DNA from: Catajapyx aquilonaris
Taxonomy: Eukaryota
Assembly: GCA_000934665.2 (NCBI GenBank)
Contig: JYFJ02000634.1
Location: 1-64,000 of the forward strand
Reading direction: 5' to 3'
Length of the DNA stretch: 64,000 bases
This document shows, in pieces, positions 1 through 10,561 of this stretch (positions are counted from its first letter, which is position 1; every line of letters starts with the position of its first letter). The position numbers were made by a program, and so were the translations under genes. Below the pieces are notes generated by a model. That model did no database searches and was not told the DNA's origin. It worked only from the letters and a program-made list of their open reading frames with translations.

Positions 1-214
1 GTGTGTCTGATCAGGAGGAGGTCTATTGTCTGACTCTGGATGGGTTTCTCTCTGGTGATATATCATCTCGCCCGCTAGGCGGCTCTGTATTACAACAATC
101 GACAAGGGGATACCCCCATACATGCTTGCATCGCTGGGACTTTTTCTAAACTATGATAATCATTTCACAAAATATTGTGGACAATATTTAAAAGCTACAT
201 TTGCTTTTTTGCAG

Positions 215-850
215 GATGATAAGAGCAGTAATGATTCAAAACAAGGAGCGACGGGGATGGACGAAACGACCAAGGAACATGGAGGGCCCAGTGGAGGTCG
301 CCATTCGCCTGAAGGATTTGCGAGAAAGGGGGAAGACTCTTCACGTCCATTTGACGAGGACAACTCGAAAGAAACACTCGGCACTGTTGACGCCTTACTT
401 CGTGCAGGCAAATTGACTGATTCTCCGGCAGATAACAAGGAGGTTACACCAAAACTAGGAAGGGTGTTGGGTCATGACTATCAGGACACTCTTGCGAGAA
501 AGAATAACATGGCCTACTCTCTAAGGGAGCAAGGCAAGCATGACGAAGCCTTCCTGGTTTACAGGGAGGTTTTGGATATGAGGGAAAGAGTGTTGGGTCA
601 TGACCATCCGGACACTCTTTTGACAAAGATGAACATAGCAGTGTTGCTACGGATTCAAGGGGAGTACGAGGAAGCGTTGCGTGTTTTCAGGGAGGTTTTG
701 GATAAGCAAGTATATCCGGACACTCTTAGGACGAAGAATTACATAGCAGGGGTGCTACGGAATAAAGGAAATACTACGACGAAGCTTATTAGCAGCCACA
801 CAGGGAGGTTTTGGATAAGAGGGAAAAAGTGTTGGGTCGTGACCATCCGG
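215..850 (+). pseudogene. TPR-repeat protein (kinesin light chain / nephrocystin-3-like 42-aa repeats), copy 1; frameshifted and truncated
   Basis: Acceptor tttttgcag at 214, ATG at 257. Repeats of LGHDHPDTL.TK.N.A..L..QG..EEAL...REVLD. Around 775 the frame leaves the TPR register although the DNA repeat (gggaggttttggataagagggaaaaagtgttgggtc) continues to ~850, then unrelated sequence follows. Confidence 0.7.
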
Positions 851-1284
851 ACCACCCCCCTGCCACTCCCTATCCCAGTACATTTCTCGTCCCCCTGTGA
901 GCTTAGCTCTGCTCCCCCAATGCGAGGGTTTGCCACTGGCGGCGCTAGTCTCAGTCCCCGACTGTCCCCGATACGAGATTCCGAAATACAACACAGCGGT
1001 CCCAGCCCCGGACGCGAAATTCCGGAATCCCAGCAGGAGGCAGGATCAGCGCGTGCAAGAATTAAGTGTTGTAGGGAGGTAGGCGTATACAGTGAAACCT
1101 GTGTATAGCGGAATCGCACGGGACGCCCAAAATTTTCCGTAATGAACAGGTTTCCGCTAAATGCAGATCAAGGACGTTTCTGAGATTTTTTGCTGGTGAG
1201 AAAGAGAGGAAGGGGGGGGAGCAGAAATAAACACTATAGACTATACCATACCTCAATATGGTACACATCACCCCGCATCTCGTC

Positions 1285-1670
1285 CTCGAGTGCACTTCTC
1301 CAGTGCGGTACGGACGATCAGAGTATCTGCGTCTGCATCTGCTTGACATCCAGTGACACCGATCTCCTGGAAACTTTCCATCAAGAGGTCGATGAGGCGA
1401 GCCTTGTTGTGACCATTGCTGAGGAAGTCGCTCTGCTTACTCCCAACAATGGTGTTTCTCTCTAAGACAATGTTGTGGCACAGTCTTCGCGGCGCCTCTG
1501 TTCAGCACCTTTAGTAGTATAAGACGCTCGCTGTACCCGTCGAATACTACAGTGGCAGAAGGGTAATGACGCTCGACATACTGATGGTACGTATCCACGA
1601 CTGCTCCAAAGGTGGCAGGTCGTGGCCATACCACGGCATGAAGCAGGTAACCGCCATCAAGAACAACCCG
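1285..1670 (-). mobile_element. Degenerate XPG/PIN-like transposon protein fragment (Academ-like DNA transposon)
   Basis: VVLDGGYLLHAVVWP...Y..YV..HY..ATVVFDGY, followed in shifted frames by TKGAEQRRR and QADADADTLIVRTALE. This is the motif order I recognise from the XPG-like domain of Academ-type transposon proteins. Frameshifted. Confidence 0.55.
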
Positions 1671-2739
1671 AGGCTTCCTCAATCTCTGTCTCGGTGGCAG
1701 CAGATGAATTGAATACTTGAAGAAGCGTCGGTTTGGCAGTTTTCCGCATAGACACTTCGTCGAAGAGTGCTGAATTACTCTAGTGAATGAATTACTCTTG
1801 TTGTATACCAGCTGTAATAACATTGCAAAATTCGACACCAATCCGATCTTTCTTAAGCCCGCAATTGCAAGTTTGGAGTTATATACGCACTGTTTGCGCA
1901 AAATAAGTCCACGTAGCCTAAACCTTCCGCGGACAACTTTTGCAGGTGGGAGTGAGGTGGCAGGTGGTAGTGACCTTATGACCTCCTGCATGTTAGCAAT
2001 CGTCTGAGCGACCTCGAATTATGCGGAAATGACACCAGCATTGCCATGGAGAGGCAATTTGGAATTTCAAAAAATCTATGACCTTTTTTTCCAAAATGGT
2101 TCCCATTTTGACCCCTCAAGGTCAAGGGTCAGGGTGCTGCTGGTCAATTTGATCGCCTTAGTCTATTGAACGTATGTGCAAAGTGGCTTGCTTTCTGTAA
2201 GAATTTGCAGCATTTTACACCGTTTTTCCAAGTGTACGGCTCAGATTAGCAAGATGGCACTATCATGCACTATCAAATATTTTGACAGTTTTTTAACAGA
2301 TGATCGCACAAATATGCGAGTGATATCGTTGCAAAGGTGGGAATGCGAGGAAACCTTTTCCGTCCTACACATTTTGTCGAGTCTGCTGTGCGTAACGAAT
2401 TATCTTCATGTTTTCAAAAGTGCAAGGCGAAAATTCAAACTTGGCGGGCGTTTTCACGGTGACCTTGACCTGCAGGTGGTATGATGACCTGACAGTCACG
2501 TTGCACATCTAACTCTAGACAATTTAAGAGGAATCCGAGCACAATCGGACGAGTAGTTTCGTTTTTATAGCCAATTCCAAGGCGAGTGTCACTTATGTAC
2601 TTCTTGGGCCAAAAAAAACATGACGCGCACATGGGATTTTTCGGGACTTTCAGTATGTTGCTCAGGACACTCTGTGGGACCCATGTACAAATTTTCAGCT
2701 TGACATTATTTTTTATTGGGTCAAACCCTAAAACTCCTG

Positions 2740-3420
2740 GGCTATATTGACGCCTTACTTCATGCAGTCAAATTGAACGATTCTCCGGCAGATAACAAGG
2801 ACGTTTTACCAAAACTAGAAGGAGTGTTGGGTCTTAACACAAAGGTTTTAGATAAGGAGGAAAAAGTATTGGATCATGACCATCCGGACACTCTTAAGAC
2901 AAAGCACAACATGGCCAACACGCTTCACCAGCAAGGGAAGCACGAGGAAGCCTTGCGGATTTACAGGGAGGTATTGGATAAGAGGGAAAAAGTGTTGGGT
3001 CATGACCATCCGGACACTCTTTGGACAAAGAATAACATGGCCCTCACGCTTCAGCAGCAAGGGAAGCACGAGGAAGCCTTGCTGGTATTAAGGGAGGTTT
3101 TGAATAATCAGGAAAAAGTGTTGGGTCATGACCATCCGGACACTCTTACGACAAAGCACATCATGGCCAACACGCTTCACCAGCACGGGAAGTGCGAGGA
3201 TGCCTTGCGGATTTACAGGGAGGTATTGGATGGGAGGGAAAAAGTGTTGGGTCATGACCATCCAGACACTCTTACGACAAAGAACAACATGGCCAAGACG
3301 CTTCACCAGCAAGGGAAGTACGAGTAAGCCTTGCGGATTTACAGGGAGATTTTGAATATCAGAGAAAAGGACGGTGTTGGGTCACATGACTCATGACCAT
3401 CCGGACACTCAAGACAAAGA
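2740..3420 (+). pseudogene. TPR-repeat protein copy 2 (126-bp / 42-aa tandem units); 5'-truncated with premature stop
   Basis: The start aligns to copy 1 at ~381 (gacgccttactt...gattctccggcagataacaagg). About 3.5 clean TPR units. TAA at 3325-3327 replaces the GAA of the repeat (gag GAA gcc to gag TAA gcc), and the repeat DNA continues degenerate to ~3420. Confidence 0.75.
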
Positions 3421-3507
3421 ATGACTCCTCCTTCCTGACGAATGATAGCATAACTATACACGAGTTATTTACTCAGCAATGTCTAGCATTTGACATCGGG
3501 AAATTGT

Positions 3508-3508
<1 letters not shown>

Positions 3509-3604
<96 letters not shown>

Positions 3605-3657
3605 GAGTAGTAGTATTTTGCTGTTGTTGTTGCTGCTGCTGTTGTAGTAGTAGTAGT
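3509..3657. repeat. Compound trinucleotide microsatellite (ATT)n(AGT)n(TGY)n
   Basis: Directly visible. Confidence 0.97.
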
Positions 3658-4889
3658 ACAATAGTAAGCAAAATGGGATTGCGGGATCGCATTAACATAT
3701 TATCACAAAAAACAATCCCTATGGAGTTGTAAAAAAAGGAAAGTAAGATCTAAGTGACGGATAGAAATTACTGAAACAAGACTGGGCTGCGTAAGATCTT
3801 CACCATATGGGTAAATGTAACCCAGAGATCTTACTTCCGCATTTAAGGTAGTTCTTGAGCTTGGAAACGGAGGGAAGGGGGTGGGGTGTTGAGCCTATGT
3901 TTATACATGGGGCGAGCTGGCCAATACCAACTTCTGCGATTGTAAGACATTTCTGCTAGTATTTCTCTGCACCAGAGTTTTGAGTACGTGTTTCGCGTCG
4001 GATACGTTACATGAAAATTTATTTGGGGGATAATAATTCCCTCGTGCACTTTTGTCCCGGAGAAGAGCAGAAATATGACTGTTCCAAATACCGGGAAAAG
4101 TGCGAGAAATCCGGCAACGTTGCATACGTTGGTAGCCCTTGTCAACAACGTATCGATGTTTCGATGTATCGATATTCCCCCCCAGCGATATATCGAGTTC
4201 TCGACCCCGATTATTACATCGATATTTTAAGGGCGATAGCCCTTAAGTAAGACCGTAGCATAGATTTCAACAATGAATTTCTTCAACATCTTCTTCTTCT
4301 TCTTCTTCTTCTTGTTGTTACGCTTTTTTTATTCGCCCTAACTCAAGTTAGTCGCCGGCGACCATGTTGGGTTCCCCAATGTAGCGCTTCCCTTTTGTAC
4401 CTGTAAAGTTCAGCCTAGTCCGGTAGGGTCGCCACTTATCCGGAGAGTGAAATGTCTCATGGCGCTCTCAAGTGAGCACCCTCTGCAAAACGCGTCGGCA
4501 GGTGATAACATCAGAAGGTAGTATGAGTGTCCGGGGGCTGGCCCGAACCAATGATATACGTTTTTGTATAAATGTAAAAGGTACGAGAGGGAGTCGGCTA
4601 AGGGCAGTCGATTATCATTGTTGAGATCACAATATATTCTTGGGCATGTGACTGAGCAAGTGACTAATGAAATGCTATAAAAATTATTTTTTTAGATTTT
4701 AGAGGGAAACTAATTCCATAGGCGCATTTTACTGGTGTTTCCCTTTCTTTTGATATATATGTTCATTGGGTTATGACCACTTCCACTAACCGAAAGAAAT
4801 TCTCCAAAAAAGGCCTCATTTTCAGCCATTTCCAGATGTTTGTGATTTTCCCCCTCATCATAGTATTGAGAAATATGGCTGAATCTTTA

Positions 4890-5503
4890 TAGGCAGCATT
4901 ATGTCACCCTGTCGGGTGATTTCCGACAAACTCTACCTGTCATTCAGAGAGGCACCAGGGAGAATGAGGTGAAGGCATCCATCAAATACTCCTCCATACG
5001 GAGTCAAGTTCAGACACTGTCTTACTCTTACCGTGAATATGCTGCTGGTGCACTTGAATGGGGACTCAGCAGCCGGTGATTTTGCAAGCTTGGTGTTGGA
5101 AATCGGAAACGGCAGAGTGCCTGAAGAGGATGGCGTAATCCAAGTGACTGATGGACATGGGGCACGTTGTCCACACCTTTGATGATCTATAATTTCCAAC
5201 GTCTATCCTGATTTAGCCACGCTCAGTCTGCAGTCACAGACGTGTCTCTGTGAACGAGCCATTTTGACTTCAAAGAACGATACTGCCGACTACATCAAGC
5301 ATTTTCTCCTACGCAAGTGTCCGGGTGAGGATAGCCTCCACGTGTCAGTTGACAGTGTCGTCAATCCAGATGACGCTGTCCACTATCCGGTGGAATTCCT
5401 GAACGACTCTCTGAATCCACCAGGTCTACCTCCTCACAAACTCTGTCTCAGGCTGGGGTCACCAATCATGCTCCTTCGATATCTGTATCCCCCAAAATTG
5501 TGC
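4890..5503 (+). mobile_element. Helitron RepHel PIF1-like helicase fragment (degenerate)
   Basis: VTLSGDFRQTLPVIQRGT from 4902, then FASLVLEIGNG, ERAILTSKND and YPVEFLNDSLNPPGLPPHKLCLRLGSPIMLLRYLYPPKLC. These are characteristic Helitron helicase motifs, with frameshifts. Confidence 0.88.
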
Positions 5504-5790
5504 ATTCTTCGTGTCGACCATAGCACTTTTGTCTGTTCCTCTGCCTTCTCATATCTTTCTCGTCACTTTGCTTAATATATATATATATATATGTATGTTT
5601 AAAATCCTTCTTCTGACAGTGGAAGTCCGTCGTACGTCCTCATCAAAAGTCCCAGGAGCGATAACAGTTAACAACAACAACAACAACAACAACCCCAGCA
5701 GCAGCAGCCAACAAAGAACAGTTGTCAGGATCCAAATTGGGTGAGGTTCATCAGTTATGTTGTGGAGTAAGGAAAAAAGGAAGGTCCTTT
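5504..5790. repeat. Diverged duplicate of sequence 3' of the SK gene (matches ~19435-19732)
   Basis: Collinear match ttcttcgtgtcgacca...gataacagttaacaacaac...gttgtcaggatc...ggaaggtcctttt in the same orientation. Confidence 0.92.
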
Positions 5791-5794
5791 TTAA

Positions 5795-6847
5795 CCCTTT
5801 GCTGCCTACGGCCATCATATGATTTCCGGAGATTTGCCCTGCCAACTTGGGTCATTTTTCAACGCAAAAAATTTCAACCTCAACGATTTTCTTCAAATTC
5901 GGTGCATTGGTAGCCCACCCCAAGGGATGAAAAACGCACCTATAGTTACCTGATCAAAATGACCTCGTGACCCAATTTTGAGGGGGGCAGAGGTCAAATC
6001 ATAAAATTACGACCTCACCGATTTTCTTGAAATTCGGTGCATTGGTAGCCCACACCAAGGGATGAAAAACGCACCTATAGTTACCTGATCAAAATGACCA
6101 AGTGACCCAATTTTGAGGGGGCAGAGGTCAAATCATAAAATTCCGACCTCGCCGATTTTCTTCAAATTAGGTCCATTGGTAGCCCACCCCAAGGGATGAC
6201 AAACCCACCTATAGTTCCCTGCTCGACATGACCCTGTGGCCCATATTGGAGGGGACCTATGTCAATGCGCCGAATTTCAAGAAAATTTGTGACTGGCACT
6301 TGCAAAGTCTCCCTTGTGATTCACTAAGGCGGGTAGTACGTGTACGCAAAAAATGTAAGTGTGTATATAACCTTGGTATAACCCCCGAATTTCAAGAAAA
6401 TCGGTGAGGTTGGAATTTGACCTCTGCGCTCATCAGAATTGGGTCACGAGGTCATTTTGATCAGGTAACTATAGGTGCATTTTTCATCCCTTGGGGTGGG
6501 CTACCAATGCACCGAATCTCAAGAAAATCAGTGAGGTCGATATTTTATGATTCGACCTCTGCCCCCCTCAAAATTGGGTCACGAGGTCATTTTTATTAGG
6601 TAACTATATGTGCGTTTTTCATCCTTTGGTGTGGGCTACTAATGCACCGAATTTGAAGAAAATCCGGTGAGGTCGAAATTTGACCTCTGCCCCCCTCAAA
6701 ATTGGGTCACGAGGTCATTTTGATCAGGTAACTATAGGTGCGTATTTCATCCCTTGGGGTGGGCTACCAATGCACCGAATTTCAAGAAAATCAGCGAGGT
6801 CATAAAATTTCCGGAAAAGGGGGGAAAAAAACTCCGTCATCAAAGGG
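5795..6847. mobile_element. Non-autonomous TTAA-flanked (piggyBac-like) foldback element with internal ~120-bp tandem repeats in two inverted arrays
   Basis: TTAA|CCCTTTGcTGcC ... GtCAtCAAAGGG|TTAA termini. The unit (aaattcggtgcattggtagcccac...aaaatgacc) is repeated at 5880-6260 and inverted at 6385-6800. Confidence 0.8.
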
Positions 6848-6856
6848 TTAAGAGGG

Positions 6857-7410
6857 CCTGGTGCAGGAAGAGGCGACGCCTCACTGCTGGCTGGCGTCGT
6901 GCTGCTGCCTCAGCACCTTCGTCAGCACGTCTGGGAGGTTCTCCAGGCTGAATGAAGGAGCGACTGACCGCCCTGAAGGACAAGCTGGGGGCTGCCCCAG
7001 CTTGTCCTTCAGGGCGGTCAGTCGCTCCTTCATTCGTGGTGGGGTGGCTGCTCATCTCCGCCTCTATCTCCTTACGTTGACGCCTGCGTCTGGAACGCGT
7101 CAGTTCGCGTTAGTACCACGCCCCAGATCAACGACCCAAATGCATCTTGGCCATGTCTGTGAGGGTGTTGGCGTTGTCCATCAGCTTCCGTTGGTCCACC
7201 GTCACCTTTCGAAGACTGCAAGATTATCAAATCAGGCAACTGGGTCACAGATGACCTCCCAAAGGGGTCACTCACGCGTAGACGGCCAGATTAAACGTTC
7301 CTCTAGTACGTAGTCTAGTGCGTCCTGACCCTGGAGGCGTTGAGCCTGTTCACCAGCTTGGTGTATACAATCATGTAGATAAGCCACGTCTCGCGATGAA
7401 CGTTATTGGC
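6857..7410 (-). pseudogene. SK: Partial SK pseudogene: degenerate copies of exons 10, 11 and the 5' part of the terminal exon, with introns
   Basis: Aligns collinearly with 21971-23410 (AAANNVHRETWLIY, DQRKLMDNANTLTDMAK, ERLTALKDKLG). Contains indels and a mutated donor (aag|atgcat). Confidence 0.92.
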
Positions 7411-9965
7411 AGCAGTGTTAATATGTGTGATGGAACGGGAAAGGACAAAAGGGATTAATTCGCCCTCAGAATATTCCTCTTCTTTTCCAGAAGTTAATCT
7501 TATCACTTGCTGGCTGCTTTGTGACTGGATCAAAGAGAAATCGGGGATTGAGTGGGGATGTTACGAATCAGGAAGATCCAGCCGGGGTTCAATCTGCAAT
7601 TTTCTCTTTCAAACAAACTCATTACCACTTATTAACTTCCTGTTCAGCCTCACATTTATAGGTGATTTTGGACTCGTCTGACCTCCGATAGGTCAGACGT
7701 TGTTATCAACCAGATGTGCTTTATCACTCGACTATTTTTAGTGGAGTCGTGGTAACAACGGATAAATGTGAGTGTATATAGATCGAATATCGGTTGCGAA
7801 CTAGTTTCACGCCTCGTTAGTCGTTCCGTAGGGCGTGACTTATCCATTTTTTGACTCCCAAACTCATGACCTATCCACCCAAATTTTTGACCTCTTTTTT
7901 CGCCCCAGGCTATTTCCTTTCCTTTTTTCACTCACCGCACCACCGTCTTGATATTATCAACTTCTTCCTCCGATGGTTTCCCCCCGGATGGTTAATTCCT
8001 GGAAAATATTCCCTCCCGTTTAATCGCCTATTATTATTACGTCCCTTCAAAATGCCTCGCCACCTTCAACCTCTGACCTCATCCGCCATTATTCAAATGG
8101 CTGGAAAATTACTGATAAATTTAATTCGACAACTATGCATGATTTTAACGGCTTCATTGTTAGAGATTGCCGCCAGTGTATTGGACATAATATTCACAGT
8201 TGCCTTTACTGTCACAACCGATTGGATATGAATATTATTAGCGAATGGCTCACTAATAAATTTATCACCAGAAGCTACTTTCTTTTGCATGTTAAGCACG
8301 TCAGATTAGTGGAAGTGCCCGCCTTCTTTTCTGCAAACTTGACCGACAAACTTGATAAGTACCTTCCGGTGATAAGAGAAGCCTCGAGCACAGTACTACA
8401 ATTGAACTGCATGCTGTGTAGTATTTGCTGATTAAGTCACTGGAAGTGCGACATTCCTAGGATCACTGTAAGTTGTTACAATAATTACTGTGCAATTAAT
8501 CACTAATTAAGTCACTACAATCACAAGGGTAATCGACATGCACACTGTGTGTAATGTATCATGTGAACACAAAATGGAGCCCACTTTTTGTGGGTGGATT
8601 AAAAAATTGACGGTTGACCTGTGACACACACCGCTTCGTTTTTTTCTCCATACGGATGTGTGTGATTGTGCGAATACCCTTGACGCTGACCGTTTTGAGA
8701 CCAATTGAAAAATTCACTCTCAGAATAAAGAGGCACTCTAGCAATGAACTGTTGAAAATGGCACTTGAATATACCACTCAGAGAGCGAAATATGTAAGGG
8801 TTTCTTTAATAATTACTCAAAGCTGTATTTGTTTTAAAACAACTGTAGTCTGTATGGAGGGTGTGTGTCCCCCCCTAGCGAGCCAAGGGCTAGAGTAAGG
8901 GGTAGGAAAATAAATAAAATAAATGAAATAAAAATAAACAACCAAGAAAAATTGCGAAACTCGTTACATCGCAATGAGGCCACACATATCGAGATGCACT
9001 CACTTAAAAAGCATTACCGCATTAAAAACACCAGAAAATAAAGTCAAAACAATTCAGCCAACATGGCACATTCAATTAGAAAGCAAGACTTACCAGTGTC
9101 ATGATTGTAACAATGTGTCCATGCAGTTGCGATAATCCAGCTTGTCACGTAAAAGGTTCACTGAATCACTGGAGTATTAGTTTGAACTTCGATCAAAGGC
9201 AGTGGAAGAAAGGTCCTTCTCCGCACCATTCGCCAATTACATTGTCTGCAGGTTTTGGCAATGGGAAAGGAAATTAGATTAGGACCCAAGAGGTCACGCC
9301 CTTTTCGATCAAAATGTACGCAAAATAATTATTTGGCGAGGTTTGGACTCCAAACATGTGCTGGATGAAAGGGAAAATGTTGGCGAAATAATTCGATCGA
9401 TTTGGGCGACACTCAAATTTTGACCTCCAAAAAAAAAGGTGGAAGGACACTACGCGTCACTTTTTCAGCGAGATGCCGTGCGTTCCTGCGCGTTGGTTCC
9501 GCGTGGGGCTGGGTGACAGCCCGAGGGATGTCAGTGGTGCCACTGATCGAGGCGACGCCCGTCGACGTCTCCTTCATTCCCCACACCACCATCCATCAAC
9601 CAGCTCACCTGTTACCTGCCCAAAATTTCCCATCAAGATCATGGTTGCATGTGGAATTTCACGGTATGGAAAGACGGACCTGCACATTGTGGCGCCCCCC
9701 CCCCCAATCCCCGTACCTTATTGCGACATAACAGTCGTACTCAATATTAATCCCATAAACCATTTGTATGCTGTGTTTTAGTAAATAAGCATGTGTGCTT
9801 ACTAAGAAATATCATTAAATCTGCATTTTTGGCTGCGAAATATTCGTAGAGTAATATAATGAAAGATATTACTCAGAGAATATATTGTTATTTTCACCAT
9901 TTCATCATTAAACTTTCTGAACTTGCAGTGTTCCTGGTGTGGAATGAACAGCTAAAGGAAGGGCC

Positions 9966-10498
9966 ATGGCATCTGAATCCGAGAGGGACAAGAAGTCCTG
10001 GAGCGAGTTGCATCTGGCAGCGAACATGGGAAATTTTCGCATAATCGAAGTCCTCCTTCAGCGAGGTTACGACGTGAACGCGAGGAGCAGCATACTCTAC
10101 AGGACCCTACTCATTTTGGCAGCCAGAATCCAAAACATCCTGACCTGCGAGAAGCTGGTGTCTCACTCCGGATGCGACGTCAATTCGCAGGATCATTCCG
10201 GTGTGTCCGCCCTTCACGAGGCGGCGGAACGAGGCAGCGTGCAGGTGTGTCAACTGCTAATTGACAACGGTGCCAAGGTGGACATCCGGACAGACGATGG
10301 GTTCACTCCGCTGCATATGGCGGCAAAGGCTGGTCAGCTGATGGTGGCCGAGCTTTTGCTGGAGAAGGGAGCTGACCCACTGGCCTTCACCAACGAGGAA
10401 GTGACCCCGTCATTCCTCGCAAATGACGCAGGGTACACGGCTGTATGGAAGATCCTCAAGGATGCAGCGGACAAGGCCCAGAACCAGGGTGGAGCAAG
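9966..10498 (+). CDS. Ankyrin-repeat + eIF2-alpha-kinase-family protein, coding exon 1 (about 4-5 ankyrin repeats)
   Basis: SELHLAA..G, SALHEAAERG, GFTPLHMAAKAG. ATG in gccATGg context after an acceptor cttgcag at 9928. Donor AG|GTAAGG after 10498 (phase 2). Confidence 0.88.
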
Positions 10499-10561
10499 GT
10501 AAGGATAGGATTTGATGAATACGAATGCATTTCATCTCAATCCGATTCGTTCCTTCCACAG

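Noticed and set aside
122..1108. 328-aa ORF as a real protein
   Set aside because: The N-terminus reads through intron-like sequence, and the C-terminus after ~775 is out of the TPR frame and enters unrelated inserted DNA.
3393..3732. Poly-Ile/Leu/Asn ORFs
   Set aside because: Translations of the trinucleotide microsatellite.
7420..8460. Possible degraded retroelement ORF on the minus strand
   Set aside because: Only short open stretches, with no RT, endonuclease or gag motif that I could recognise.
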